Assembly: GCA_965140445.1 (NCBI GenBank)
Contig: OZ223236.1
Location: 3,296,001 to 3,360,000 of the forward strand
Length of the DNA: 64,000 nt
Origin: Candidatus Ozemobacteraceae bacterium
GTDB lineage: Bacteria; Muiribacteriota; Ozemobacteria; Ozemobacterales; Ozemobacteraceae
Direction: 5' to 3'
Both the position numbers and the translations under genes were made by a program. This document shows positions 41,987-50,405 of the stretch, in pieces (the stretch's first letter is position 1; each line of letters begins with the position of its first letter). The notes beneath the pieces were generated by a model. It saw only the letters and a program-made list of their open reading frames with translations, was not told the origin of the DNA and did not search any database.

Positions 41987-42219
41987 TCAATAAATCAAAT
42001 CTACTAGCGAACAAAAGAATTATAAAAAGCTGTTTGAAAACATCTCTCGCTAGTAAAAACCTGCCTCTCTGGATAATGACTTCTAATTTTCTTTCTTCTC
42101 TGGACCATGAAGCTTATCACTCCTTTTCAAACAAAGTCAAAGCATTAAAATTCAACATTAATGATTTCTGATCTTGCCCCTGTGCAGCTTCTGGAACTTA
42201 ATTTACCTATTATTAGCGG

Positions 42220-42248
42220 TTGACTGACAATACCCTGTGCAGTATAAT
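42220..42248 (+). promoter_or_regulatory. sigma70-type promoter of asnS
   Basis: TTGACT (42220-42225), 17-nt spacer, TATAAT (42243-42248). Confidence 0.8.
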
Positions 42249-42302
42249 CAGGCCCTGCACGGCGATATGCCGGGCAATTAAATATGGTTGAGGTCTAAAT
42301 CT

Positions 42303-43754
42303 ATGAGTTTAACAGTTAAGAAAATCCTGCAAATGCCACCTTCTGATGAGCTTGTTTCAATCAATGGCTGGGTAAGAACCAAACGTTCAAGCAAGAATGT
42401 TGTTTTCGTAGCACTTAATGATGGCTCAACCATAAATAATCTTCAGCTTGTTGTTGATCTGGATAAAGGATATGCAGACCTGACAGAAGAAATTATGTCT
42501 AAGGTTACGACTGGTGCTTCAATTGCGGCATCAGGAAAGCTGGTTGCGTCACAAGGTAAAGGTCAGGCTGTAGAGCTTGTTGTAGAGAACCTCAAAGTTC
42601 TCGGCATTGCTGACCCTGATGAATACCCGCTCCAGCCTAAAAAGCATTCACTCGAATTCTTAAGAGAAATTGGTCATTTAAGATTCAGAACAAATCTTTT
42701 TGGCGCAGTTCTTCGCGTGAGACATGCCATGACTTTTGCAATTCACCAGTTTTTTCATGAAAGAGGCTTTATAAACGTTCATACTCCAATTCTCACGGCT
42801 TCTGATTGTGAAGGGGCAGGGGAGATGTTCAGAGTAACAACGCTTCCAGCACAGAATCCACCAACTCTTGATGATGGATCAGTTGACTACTCCAAAGATT
42901 TCTTCGGAAAAGCTACAAACTTAACCGTTTCTGGCCAATTGGAAGGTGAACTCGCGGCCACTGCGCTTGGCAAAATTTATACTTTTGGGCCTACTTTTAG
43001 AGCTGAAAATTCAAATACTTCCAGGCATCTTTCAGAATTCTGGATGATAGAACCAGAAATAGCTTTTGCCGATCTAAATGAAAATATGGATCTTGCAGAA
43101 GAATTTCTCAAGTATCTAATCAACTATGCTCTTGAAAATTGTGCAGATGACCTCGAATTTCTAAGCAAGCGGCACGCGGATGAAAATAAAACAAAACCTC
43201 AGGCTGAACGTGAAGAAATGACTTTGATCGAAAAGCTTAAATTTGTCAGCCAAAACGGTTTTGAGCGCATTACCTACACTGAAGCCTATGAAATTCTTAA
43301 AAATTGCAATCCTAACAAAAAGAAAAAATTCCAATACCTTGTGGATGAATGGGGTATTGATCTGCAATCAGAACACGAACGTTATCTTGTCGAAAAGCAC
43401 TTTAAAAAGCCTGTAATAGTTACTGATTACCCGGCAGGAAACAAGGCATTCTACATGAGAGTAAATGATGATGGAAAAACCGTAGCAGCCATGGATATTC
43501 TTGTGCCAGGCGTTGGAGAAATTATTGGAGGTTCTCAACGTGAAGAACGTTTAGAGATCCTTAAAGAACGTGCTTCTAAAATGGGTCTCCCTGAAGAAAG
43601 CATCTGGTGGTATCTTGATATCAGAAAATTCGGTTCCTGCGTTCACAGCGGCTTTGGGCTTGGATTTGCTCGCCTGTTAATGTTTGTTACAGGTTTAGGC
43701 AATGTCAGAGACGTTGTTCCATTCCCAAGAACTCCAAAATCTGCTGAATTTTAA
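42303..43754 (+). CDS. asnS: asparagine--tRNA ligase
   Basis: GWVRTKR OB fold; [55 protein letters not shown] before ATG 42303. Confidence 0.96.
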   Translation: MSLTVKKILQMPPSDELVSINGWVRTKRSSKNVVFVALNDGSTINNLQLVVDLDKGYADLTEEIMSKVTTGASIAASGKLVASQGKGQAVELVVENLKVLGIADPDEYPLQPKKHSLEFLREIGHLRFRTNLFGAVLRVRHAMTFAIHQFFHERGFINVHTPILTASDCEGAGEMFRVTTLPAQNPPTLDDGSVDYSKDFFGKATNLTVSGQLEGELAATALGKIYTFGPTFRAENSNTSRHLSEFWMIEPEIAFADLNENMDLAEEFLKYLINYALENCADDLEFLSKRHADENKTKPQAEREEMTLIEKLKFVSQNGFERITYTEAYEILKNCNPNKKKKFQYLVDEWGIDLQSEHERYLVEKHFKKPVIVTDYPAGNKAFYMRVNDDGKTVAAMDILVPGVGEIIGGSQREERLEILKERASKMGLPEESIWWYLDIRKFGSCVHSGFGLGFARLLMFVTGLGNVRDVVPFPRTPKSAEF

Positions 43755-43771
43755 ACAAATTGATTTAATGT

Positions 43772-43818
43772 AAAAAGCCCCCTGCATTTGGTTAACACTG
43801 AATGCAGGGGGCTTTTTT
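43772..43818. terminator. bidirectional intrinsic terminator
   Basis: AAAAAGCCCCCTGCATT / AATGCAGGGGGCTTTTT between convergent genes. Confidence 0.85.
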
Positions 43819-43838
43819 ACTACTTTTGGGAATTCGAT

Positions 43839-44687
43839 TTAGAAATCAATTACCTTTTCATGTTTTTCTTTTAATTGAGCGCTATCGCTGGCTCTCAAGT
43901 TGCAGATAGCCGCTTCCCAGGAACCATATAAAGGATTTGGAAGTAAGAACCACTGCTCACCAAAACGATCCAGATGTTTTTGGCTTTCTGAGACTCTTTC
44001 TTCTGGATTCATAATTTTCATGTCTTTTATGAAATCACCCAGATCATCGCCTACCAGGCCAATAATCCAATGAGTTTTTGCAACGTATGCACGACGCAGC
44101 GTTTTTTCACTTACCCATGGTTCGGTTTCGCCTTTTCCAGTTTCGCCAACAGTTAAGACCTTATCGCCATTTACCTTTATTGGTAACAAATCTACAATTG
44201 TGTCAGCCTCTACAGGTTGCTTGCGATTGGTTACATAAAAAACTTCTATATTTTCACCCAGAATATTTTTTAAAAATTCTTCCGCACCTGGTATGAAATC
44301 GGCTTTTTTTGCTTTTGCCCATTCATTCCAGATGGATTGCTGGTAATTGGTGCGTTCATTAACCATTCGTCCGGTCATTGGCGAGTTATCAAGAATTGTT
44401 TCATCAATATCTACAATGATTGCCAAAGGAAGATTCTTTTCATTGGTACCCTCTTGTTCAAGAGCTGCTGAAGGAATTTTCTCACCATTCTTGATTCTAT
44501 CTGCCAACTTTTTAATCTTTGCAAAAGCATCACGATACATGCTTGCAGTAAGAATTTTGAACTCTGCAGATGTCTGCACCCATAAGAGGGCATTTAAGCG
44601 TTCGTGAGTGTCTCGGTCTGGAGTGCCTGCAAAGCTATTTACTGTAATAGCTGCAAACAAAAATGTGGTTAGGATTCTCCTGATCAT
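43839..44687 (-). CDS. class C (e(P4)-family) HAD acid phosphatase / 5'-nucleotidase
   Basis: WVQTSAE, DIDETILDNS, YVTNR, VGDDLGDF, LPNPLYGSWE. Confidence 0.9.
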   Translation of the reverse strand: MIRRILTTFLFAAITVNSFAGTPDRDTHERLNALLWVQTSAEFKILTASMYRDAFAKIKKLADRIKNGEKIPSAALEQEGTNEKNLPLAIIVDIDETILDNSPMTGRMVNERTNYQQSIWNEWAKAKKADFIPGAEEFLKNILGENIEVFYVTNRKQPVEADTIVDLLPIKVNGDKVLTVGETGKGETEPWVSEKTLRRAYVAKTHWIIGLVGDDLGDFIKDMKIMNPEERVSESQKHLDRFGEQWFLLPNPLYGSWEAAICNLRASDSAQLKEKHEKVIDF

Positions 44688-44723
44688 CTGTAACTCTCCT
44701 TGTGTTGTTGGAAAAATTTTCTT

Positions 44724-45146
44724 TTATAAATTTCTTAATTTGATTGGGTGATCGGCATTCAATTGTAATAAATCCCAAAGATTGCCGTAAAGATCTTCAA
44801 ATACAGCAACTGTTCCGTATTCTTGTTTTTGTGGTTCACGTGTAAATTTGATTCCATCTGCAACCATCCTATTGTAATCCCGCCAGAAATCATCGGTATT
44901 GAGAAACAGGAATACACGCCCACCTGATTGATTGCCAATGTAATCATGTTGCTCAGGCTTGGAAGCTTTTGCTAACAATAAAGTCGCGCCATTGGAACCA
45001 GGTGGAGCAACAACGACCCAGCGCTTATCCTGCTCTGGCTGATAAGTATCTTCAATAAGCTCAAACTTGAGCTTATTGACATAAAAATCTATTGCTTCAT
45101 CATAGTCTCTTACCACCAAAGCAACGTGAACGATTGATTGTTTCAT
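44724..45146 (-). CDS. VOC/glyoxalase family protein (probable second cassette)
   Basis: HVALVVRDYDEAIDFY, KRWVVVAPPG, YGTVAVFEDLYGNLWDL. Confidence 0.92.
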   Translation of the reverse strand: MKQSIVHVALVVRDYDEAIDFYVNKLKFELIEDTYQPEQDKRWVVVAPPGSNGATLLLAKASKPEQHDYIGNQSGGRVFLFLNTDDFWRDYNRMVADGIKFTREPQKQEYGTVAVFEDLYGNLWDLLQLNADHPIKLRNL

Positions 45147-45286
45147 TTATGCAGTCTTTCAAATCAATTAAAAAATTCCTGCAAATTCTAACATATTTTG
45201 AAATTAATGAGGAAACCTAATTTTACTTCGTTCAACGTTGAATTAATATAGCTTGAAGGGGAAAAAGCCTTAGGGGAGTAATTTTT

Positions 45287-45380
45287 CTTTAACGTTCCGC
45301 GGCTATATGAAGTTTTTGCGGAACGTAGTGGAGTAAAAATTTGGGTGAAGCGAAGCGGAACCATATAGCCGCTGTTGTGC
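45287..45380 (-). other. attC-like recombination site
   Basis: Minus strand: GCACAAC (R''-like), A, GCGGCTATATG ... CATATAGCCGC, GGAAC, GTTAAAG (R'-like); perfect 11-bp stem 45299-45309/45362-45372. Confidence 0.75.
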
Positions 45381-45431
45381 GATGGGCAGAGCGCCTCTTC
45401 GGTTTTTGTCTTCATTTCTTAACCCCGCCCC
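45374..45431 (+). repeat. left copy of imperfect inverted repeat bounding avs4
   Basis: GTTGTGCGATGGGCAGAGCGCC-N16-TCATTTCTTAACCCCGCCCC; matches the reverse complement of 50229-50285 (20/22 and 19/20 blocks). Confidence 0.85.
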
Positions 45432-45482
45432 CTCTTCTGCCAGAGCACAGGACGTGCAAAGGCGGTTTCGTTTATTTCTGGC

Positions 45483-48400
45483 TCATAGAATACTTTCTCG
45501 CAATAGATAACCATGTATAGAACCTCGTTCAATCATAAAGTCAAGTATTGGAATTACTTTGTTCTTCAATTTTATTTCTTCTTTTATTTTTTGTCTGTTG
45601 ATGAAAACATACTTTCTTAAAAACTTCTCTAGGTAGTATAAAGTGTTTGATTCCAAATCATCAAGGCGTAACGATTTGTTGTTTGACACGATGGTATGAA
45701 TCCAATCAATACCTTCGTCCTTAAAGTTAGTTCCGATTGTATTCAGAACTCTTACAATAGAATACAATACTGCAGGAATGTTTCCTAATTCTTTAGAAGC
45801 ATTGGAATATAGGGATAAATTCTCGCTTCTTAAGCTACGCCATGCTTCAATACCTTCACGCCACCAACGCCATGCTAATAGATAATTTATTATGATTTCT
45901 TTTAAATGATAGCCACGAGGATTAATACATAATTCCTTTATTTTCAGAAATAACCTATCCCAGATATGCCAAAATTGCTCATGGTTATTAAGGTAATCTT
46001 CCGCACTTACAAGTTCTTCAATAAAAGATGCTGTTTCTTCTGTTAATGAAAAAGATTCAAGAAATGGTTTAAGAAAAGTATCAATCTCAGTTTTATCTCT
46101 ATGTAAAATAAAGCAAGCAAACCTTTTGAAAACATGTAAACGTAATGAATAAATGTTAGAATCGTCTCCTGAATTGTCTTTGTAAGTTCTTCTGTCTTTC
46201 AATAACTGTAAGGCTAATGAAGGCAACGATTTTGCATAAATGTTTAAGTGAATTTCATCTTTCGTGTCAGAAGGAATTAATTGGAGAACGATTTCCAAAC
46301 CATGGATGTCAAGTGGGGCAATCTCATTGATGTCAAATGATATATTTTCAAAACTTAAATCAATACTTTTCTCGTCTAACTTTTCTAAAATTGAACTTTT
46401 AGAAATACGACCCCAACCTTGTTCTTTTCTTATTTCCGCAACAATTATATTATAAATTGGCTTGAGTTTTACATATCCGAATAAAACTGATTGAGCAACT
46501 TTTGCATTTTGTTCCCACAATTTTGATTTGTGAATTGATTCAATGACGTAATCACATACCCTTTTGTAATGTCCAATTGGTGTTTCATCCAAAAGGGTCA
46601 AAACCATTAATAAAATATAATCTTCTGCTTCTTCTTTATATTCGTTTACTAATGATGGTATCGCATGGACAGAAGCCTCAACTCCTTCACTTATTTGGTA
46701 GGCGTAATCATCGGCAAAAAGATTAGATATTGTTGAAAGAACAATTTCTTTGCAAAAAGCCTTATCTTCTATTGTTAGTTTATCTTTGTGTTCAATCAAT
46801 AACTTAGAACACGAAAACGCAGGTATGGAATAATCAAGCATACCTATTTCGTTTCGTCCCGATTTCAGGTCTTCAACAAGTTGTTTCGTTTCTGATAAAG
46901 CTAGAAGAGGATTGTTGTCATACTCCTCCTGTTTTTTGTTTTTATTTTGGCTTCTCTCTCCAATCAAAAAATCCGACCACACCCTTAGAGAGAAATATTT
47001 AAACATTTCTTGGTATTGATTCTGTGCTTGTTCGCTTTCCTTTCTATGCTCATCTGAAAGTTCTTTTGGACTAAATTCTATTATAAGATGGTTGTCGTCT
47101 TGTTTCGATACTTTAGGATTAAGATTTCTTCTATCCATTCTTGCCAGCAATATTCCAAATGATTTATTTTTTGAAACATTGGATTTGTGTTGGTCAATTA
47201 TTCCATATAATTTTTCGATGAATTCTGTATTCTGTTCCTCCGTAAAACCTTTTACACCGAAAAACTGATAATTTAAAAACAATGATTCTAAATTTAATCC
47301 TCTATGCTTATCCTCGCATGATTTTAATCTTTCATCTATGTATAAAATGTCTCTAATTTTATCCATGCCATATCCTATTGAATATAGCGATTTAGCCTGA
47401 AACTCATTTGTGCTTCTGATAGTATCCATATGAAATAATTCAATCGTTTTAAATAGTATTAAAGCTATATCATAGAATTTATCAGGATTTGCAAGCACAA
47501 CACTGCAAACAACCGAAGTAAGAGAGGTTGATTTTGATTTAATGAGAATTTTAAGAAGTATTTTTTGAATGATTTCGGACTTTATTATTTGTGAAAACTC
47601 TAAAAGAATGCTTTCTAATGCCATGTGCATGGATTGTAGCACACTTGGAACAACAGGGCTCCCGTTGCCACGATACATATTCCAAATCGCACTACTCAAA
47701 TATTGTGTGACTTCTGTTTTATTAATGTGCAATGTAACTTTTAAGACATCTTTTTTTCCATAATCAGATTTACTATAAGATTCAACAGCCCTATTGGTAA
47801 AATCTATAATAAAATCAAGTGTTTCGTTGAATTCTATTTGTAATAACCATTTTATTGGTGTTTGATTTGCACTTGAAGGAAAATAATTGAATTCGTGTTT
47901 TTCTGCTAAGCCATATCTAATTTCCATTGTGTCTCTATCATATCCAAATCTGTCTTGTTTTTTCGGCTGTTTTTGCCAAAACAAATTACACAATTGAATT
48001 ACGGATAGCGGAAGTGTTTTTATTAATTCTGTTGCAATGTATGGTTTCTCTAAGATTTTAGAGCAAAGTCCTTCGTATGGGTCTCTGTGTTCAGTCCATT
48101 TATTAGAAACGACTTTGTCAAATATTTCTTTAAGTTTTGATTTTATTTCATAGGCTGAATTGAAAACCACTTTCAAAATATTTTCTTCTGCAACTTCGCG
48201 CATATAGAAGTTTTCTTCGGTTTCAGTTTTTTGAATTACACTCAATGCTAAGAAACCTGCGAATCTTGTTGTTTTTCCTGTTTTGTTGAAGTCGCACCAA
48301 TCATTTAAAACTGGTAAAACAAGTTTTAAATTGTTATCGAAAAAGTCAGATTTATGTTTGTAAATAAGGGCAATTACTTCTTCCCATCCTTTGCCTTTAG

Positions 48401-50174
48401 GTTTTACAATTTCAATATTTTGAATTGCTGAGATATCGGTGCAGGCAATTCTTAATAGGAATAAAATTCGTTTTAGAATTTTAAAATCATTTGCAATAAT
48501 TTCTTTCTCGAAAAACTTAAAAAATGCCTCCGAATAATCCGACAACAAAACAGAAATTAGAATTTCATCCTTCCAAAATTGTGTAACATCAACATTGGTA
48601 AATGCTCCCTGAATAAAGTTTTCTATTTCTTTAGAATTTTCAGATAAATGGTCGGACAACCATAATCTAAGTGCTCTGCGAATGGGTAATGAATTTCCTA
48701 AGTTGTCAAAAAATTCTTTTGTGTTTGAACAATTCGAAAAACTACGGGAAACTATTTTGTTCAATGTCCATTCTTCATAAATATCATGAGTAATGAAATA
48801 TCCATTATGCGTGTCGTCATATCCAAGTATCTCGTCTTGCTTTAATTGAAACAATGCTGATTGTGGCAAATTATCTGCATTAATATAAAATCGTCCTGTT
48901 TCACATCTTTGTTTGGCAATGCTGATAATACATTTTTCTCTTTCAAGATGTAGGTTATCTTTTTGAACAGTATTTTGTATTCTCTTTTTCCATAGCAAGT
49001 CAATAAATCCATTATAGTTTCCTTGTTTGTCAATGTTTGAATATTGTTGAACATACTCTCTTAGATAAAACAAGTTTCTAAGTCGTTCTAAGAATTTATG
49101 ATTGTCTGGAAGTGAGAATTTGAAATCATCTGCTATCGATTTTAATTCATCAGCACTTATCAAAGAAACGTTATTAACGTCAAATGGCAACTGATAATTC
49201 TCTTTTATGTGAAAAGTTAAATCGTTAAGATAAGCATAGCGTGTTGTAAAGATGATATTCCAAGTATTCTCTTTTAACTTTTGTATTATTGTAGTGAGAA
49301 TGTCGTTATTAGAAATCTCCGCAAGTTTTTCTGCGGAATCAATTACAAATATTTTAAGTGGTTCATCTTTGTAAGCATTGAAAAATTGTGCAATAGTAAA
49401 TCTGTGGTCAAAGTGAAATATGTCATTAATGTGATTTACATTAAGTTCATTTGCTTTAAAAACACAAATTGGTATTTTCTTAAAATAAGAATTATAAAAC
49501 TCCTTGAAAATTGCTGTTTTACCACAACCGCCTTCGCCTGAAATAATTATATTTTTACTCTTTTGAGAAGCATCAGCTATATCTTCAACAACAGCACTCC
49601 GGTCGATTTTAATTTGTTTTTCTCCGAATGATATTTCTGTCTGAATTGCTTGTAAAATATTTTCGTTGTGTTTAGATATTTCATCGAGCAAATCTCCTTC
49701 ATTTGGGTCAAGGCTGAAAAAGACATCATTTATATATTTATTTTCAGGCAAAGACAATTGTAATTCAAAATGGCTTGGAACACGCCATTGAATATTTACG
49801 CCAACTGCTTTAGCGGATTTCTCAATGTCTAATTGGTATTGTGGTTTCTTTTTACTTTTGGAGGTGCTTTCGGAAAGTTCTTGGTTTATGTATAGAAGTA
49901 ATTCGTCTAATTGTTTATTTTTGGCTTTAGCTTTTTTGATTGAATCGATAATATCGTCTTTGTTGTCAGCGATTAAAGTTGTGTAATATTTGGATTGAAA
50001 ACCATAATATTTTCCGTCTTTTTCGATTGGCTCTGTCTCAATTCCTGTTTGGTTTTTATAGCGAAATAGTCCAATTCGATTATTACACTCAGCACAGAAA
50101 AGCAAATAAGACAGTTGTTCAAATGCCCAAGTCTCTCGCTTATCGTATTTTACACTAAATATTTTCCAACTCAT
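45483..50174 (-). CDS. avs4: AVAST type 4 anti-phage STAND NTPase/nuclease
   Basis: N-terminal AFEQLSYLLFC..GLFRYKNQTGIETEP..GFQSKYY (Mrr-like nuclease); Walker A GEGGCGKT; Walker B VIDSAE; FITHDIYEEW; 1563 aa ending GYLLRESIL. Confidence 0.88.
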   Translation of the reverse strand: MSWKIFSVKYDKRETWAFEQLSYLLFCAECNNRIGLFRYKNQTGIETEPIEKDGKYYGFQSKYYTTLIADNKDDIIDSIKKAKAKNKQLDELLLYINQELSESTSKSKKKPQYQLDIEKSAKAVGVNIQWRVPSHFELQLSLPENKYINDVFFSLDPNEGDLLDEISKHNENILQAIQTEISFGEKQIKIDRSAVVEDIADASQKSKNIIISGEGGCGKTAIFKEFYNSYFKKIPICVFKANELNVNHINDIFHFDHRFTIAQFFNAYKDEPLKIFVIDSAEKLAEISNNDILTTIIQKLKENTWNIIFTTRYAYLNDLTFHIKENYQLPFDVNNVSLISADELKSIADDFKFSLPDNHKFLERLRNLFYLREYVQQYSNIDKQGNYNGFIDLLWKKRIQNTVQKDNLHLEREKCIISIAKQRCETGRFYINADNLPQSALFQLKQDEILGYDDTHNGYFITHDIYEEWTLNKIVSRSFSNCSNTKEFFDNLGNSLPIRRALRLWLSDHLSENSKEIENFIQGAFTNVDVTQFWKDEILISVLLSDYSEAFFKFFEKEIIANDFKILKRILFLLRIACTDISAIQNIEIVKPKGKGWEEVIALIYKHKSDFFDNNLKLVLPVLNDWCDFNKTGKTTRFAGFLALSVIQKTETEENFYMREVAEENILKVVFNSAYEIKSKLKEIFDKVVSNKWTEHRDPYEGLCSKILEKPYIATELIKTLPLSVIQLCNLFWQKQPKKQDRFGYDRDTMEIRYGLAEKHEFNYFPSSANQTPIKWLLQIEFNETLDFIIDFTNRAVESYSKSDYGKKDVLKVTLHINKTEVTQYLSSAIWNMYRGNGSPVVPSVLQSMHMALESILLEFSQIIKSEIIQKILLKILIKSKSTSLTSVVCSVVLANPDKFYDIALILFKTIELFHMDTIRSTNEFQAKSLYSIGYGMDKIRDILYIDERLKSCEDKHRGLNLESLFLNYQFFGVKGFTEEQNTEFIEKLYGIIDQHKSNVSKNKSFGILLARMDRRNLNPKVSKQDDNHLIIEFSPKELSDEHRKESEQAQNQYQEMFKYFSLRVWSDFLIGERSQNKNKKQEEYDNNPLLALSETKQLVEDLKSGRNEIGMLDYSIPAFSCSKLLIEHKDKLTIEDKAFCKEIVLSTISNLFADDYAYQISEGVEASVHAIPSLVNEYKEEAEDYILLMVLTLLDETPIGHYKRVCDYVIESIHKSKLWEQNAKVAQSVLFGYVKLKPIYNIIVAEIRKEQGWGRISKSSILEKLDEKSIDLSFENISFDINEIAPLDIHGLEIVLQLIPSDTKDEIHLNIYAKSLPSLALQLLKDRRTYKDNSGDDSNIYSLRLHVFKRFACFILHRDKTEIDTFLKPFLESFSLTEETASFIEELVSAEDYLNNHEQFWHIWDRLFLKIKELCINPRGYHLKEIIINYLLAWRWWREGIEAWRSLRSENLSLYSNASKELGNIPAVLYSIVRVLNTIGTNFKDEGIDWIHTIVSNNKSLRLDDLESNTLYYLEKFLRKYVFINRQKIKEEIKLKNKVIPILDFMIERGSIHGYLLRESIL

Positions 50175-50228
50175 TTATTTGAATTCTCCCTTGATTATTC
50201 TAGCCCGCCATGGACGGCGGGCGTTCTT

Positions 50229-50285
50229 GGGGCTGGGTTAAGAAATGATCTTTTCACTGTCTTGGCGCTCTGCCTTTCGCACAAC
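50229..50285 (-). repeat. right copy of imperfect inverted repeat (cassette 5' end)
   Basis: Minus strand GTTGTGCGAAAGGCAGAGCGCC-N15-TCATTTCTTAACCCAGCCCC. Confidence 0.85.
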
Positions 50286-50405
50286 TAGTAAATATACGTA
50301 GTGTTGCGTATATTTTTAGATTGGCCTGGTGTTGTATATTCTGAAATATTTGCATGTATTGCGAACGTGGGTTTCGCATATCCTGACGAATTGGGTTGTA
50401 TCACG
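50279..50405 (-). other. attI-like site at the 3' end of the recombinase
   Basis: G|TTGTGC crossover-like core (50285-50279); perfect 9-8-9 dyad AAATATACG-N8-CGTATATTT (50290-50315); TGCGAA-N7-TTCGCA (50360-50378); ATACAAC direct repeats. Confidence 0.6.

Noticed and set aside
45188..45415. 75-aa minus-strand ORF between avs4 and VOC
   Set aside because: It runs across the attC hairpin and inverted-repeat arm; better explained as a shadow ORF of the recombination site
45374..50285. avs4 inverted repeats as IS/transposon ends
   Set aside because: No transposase or evident target-site duplication; the repeats end exactly at AAC/GTT cores
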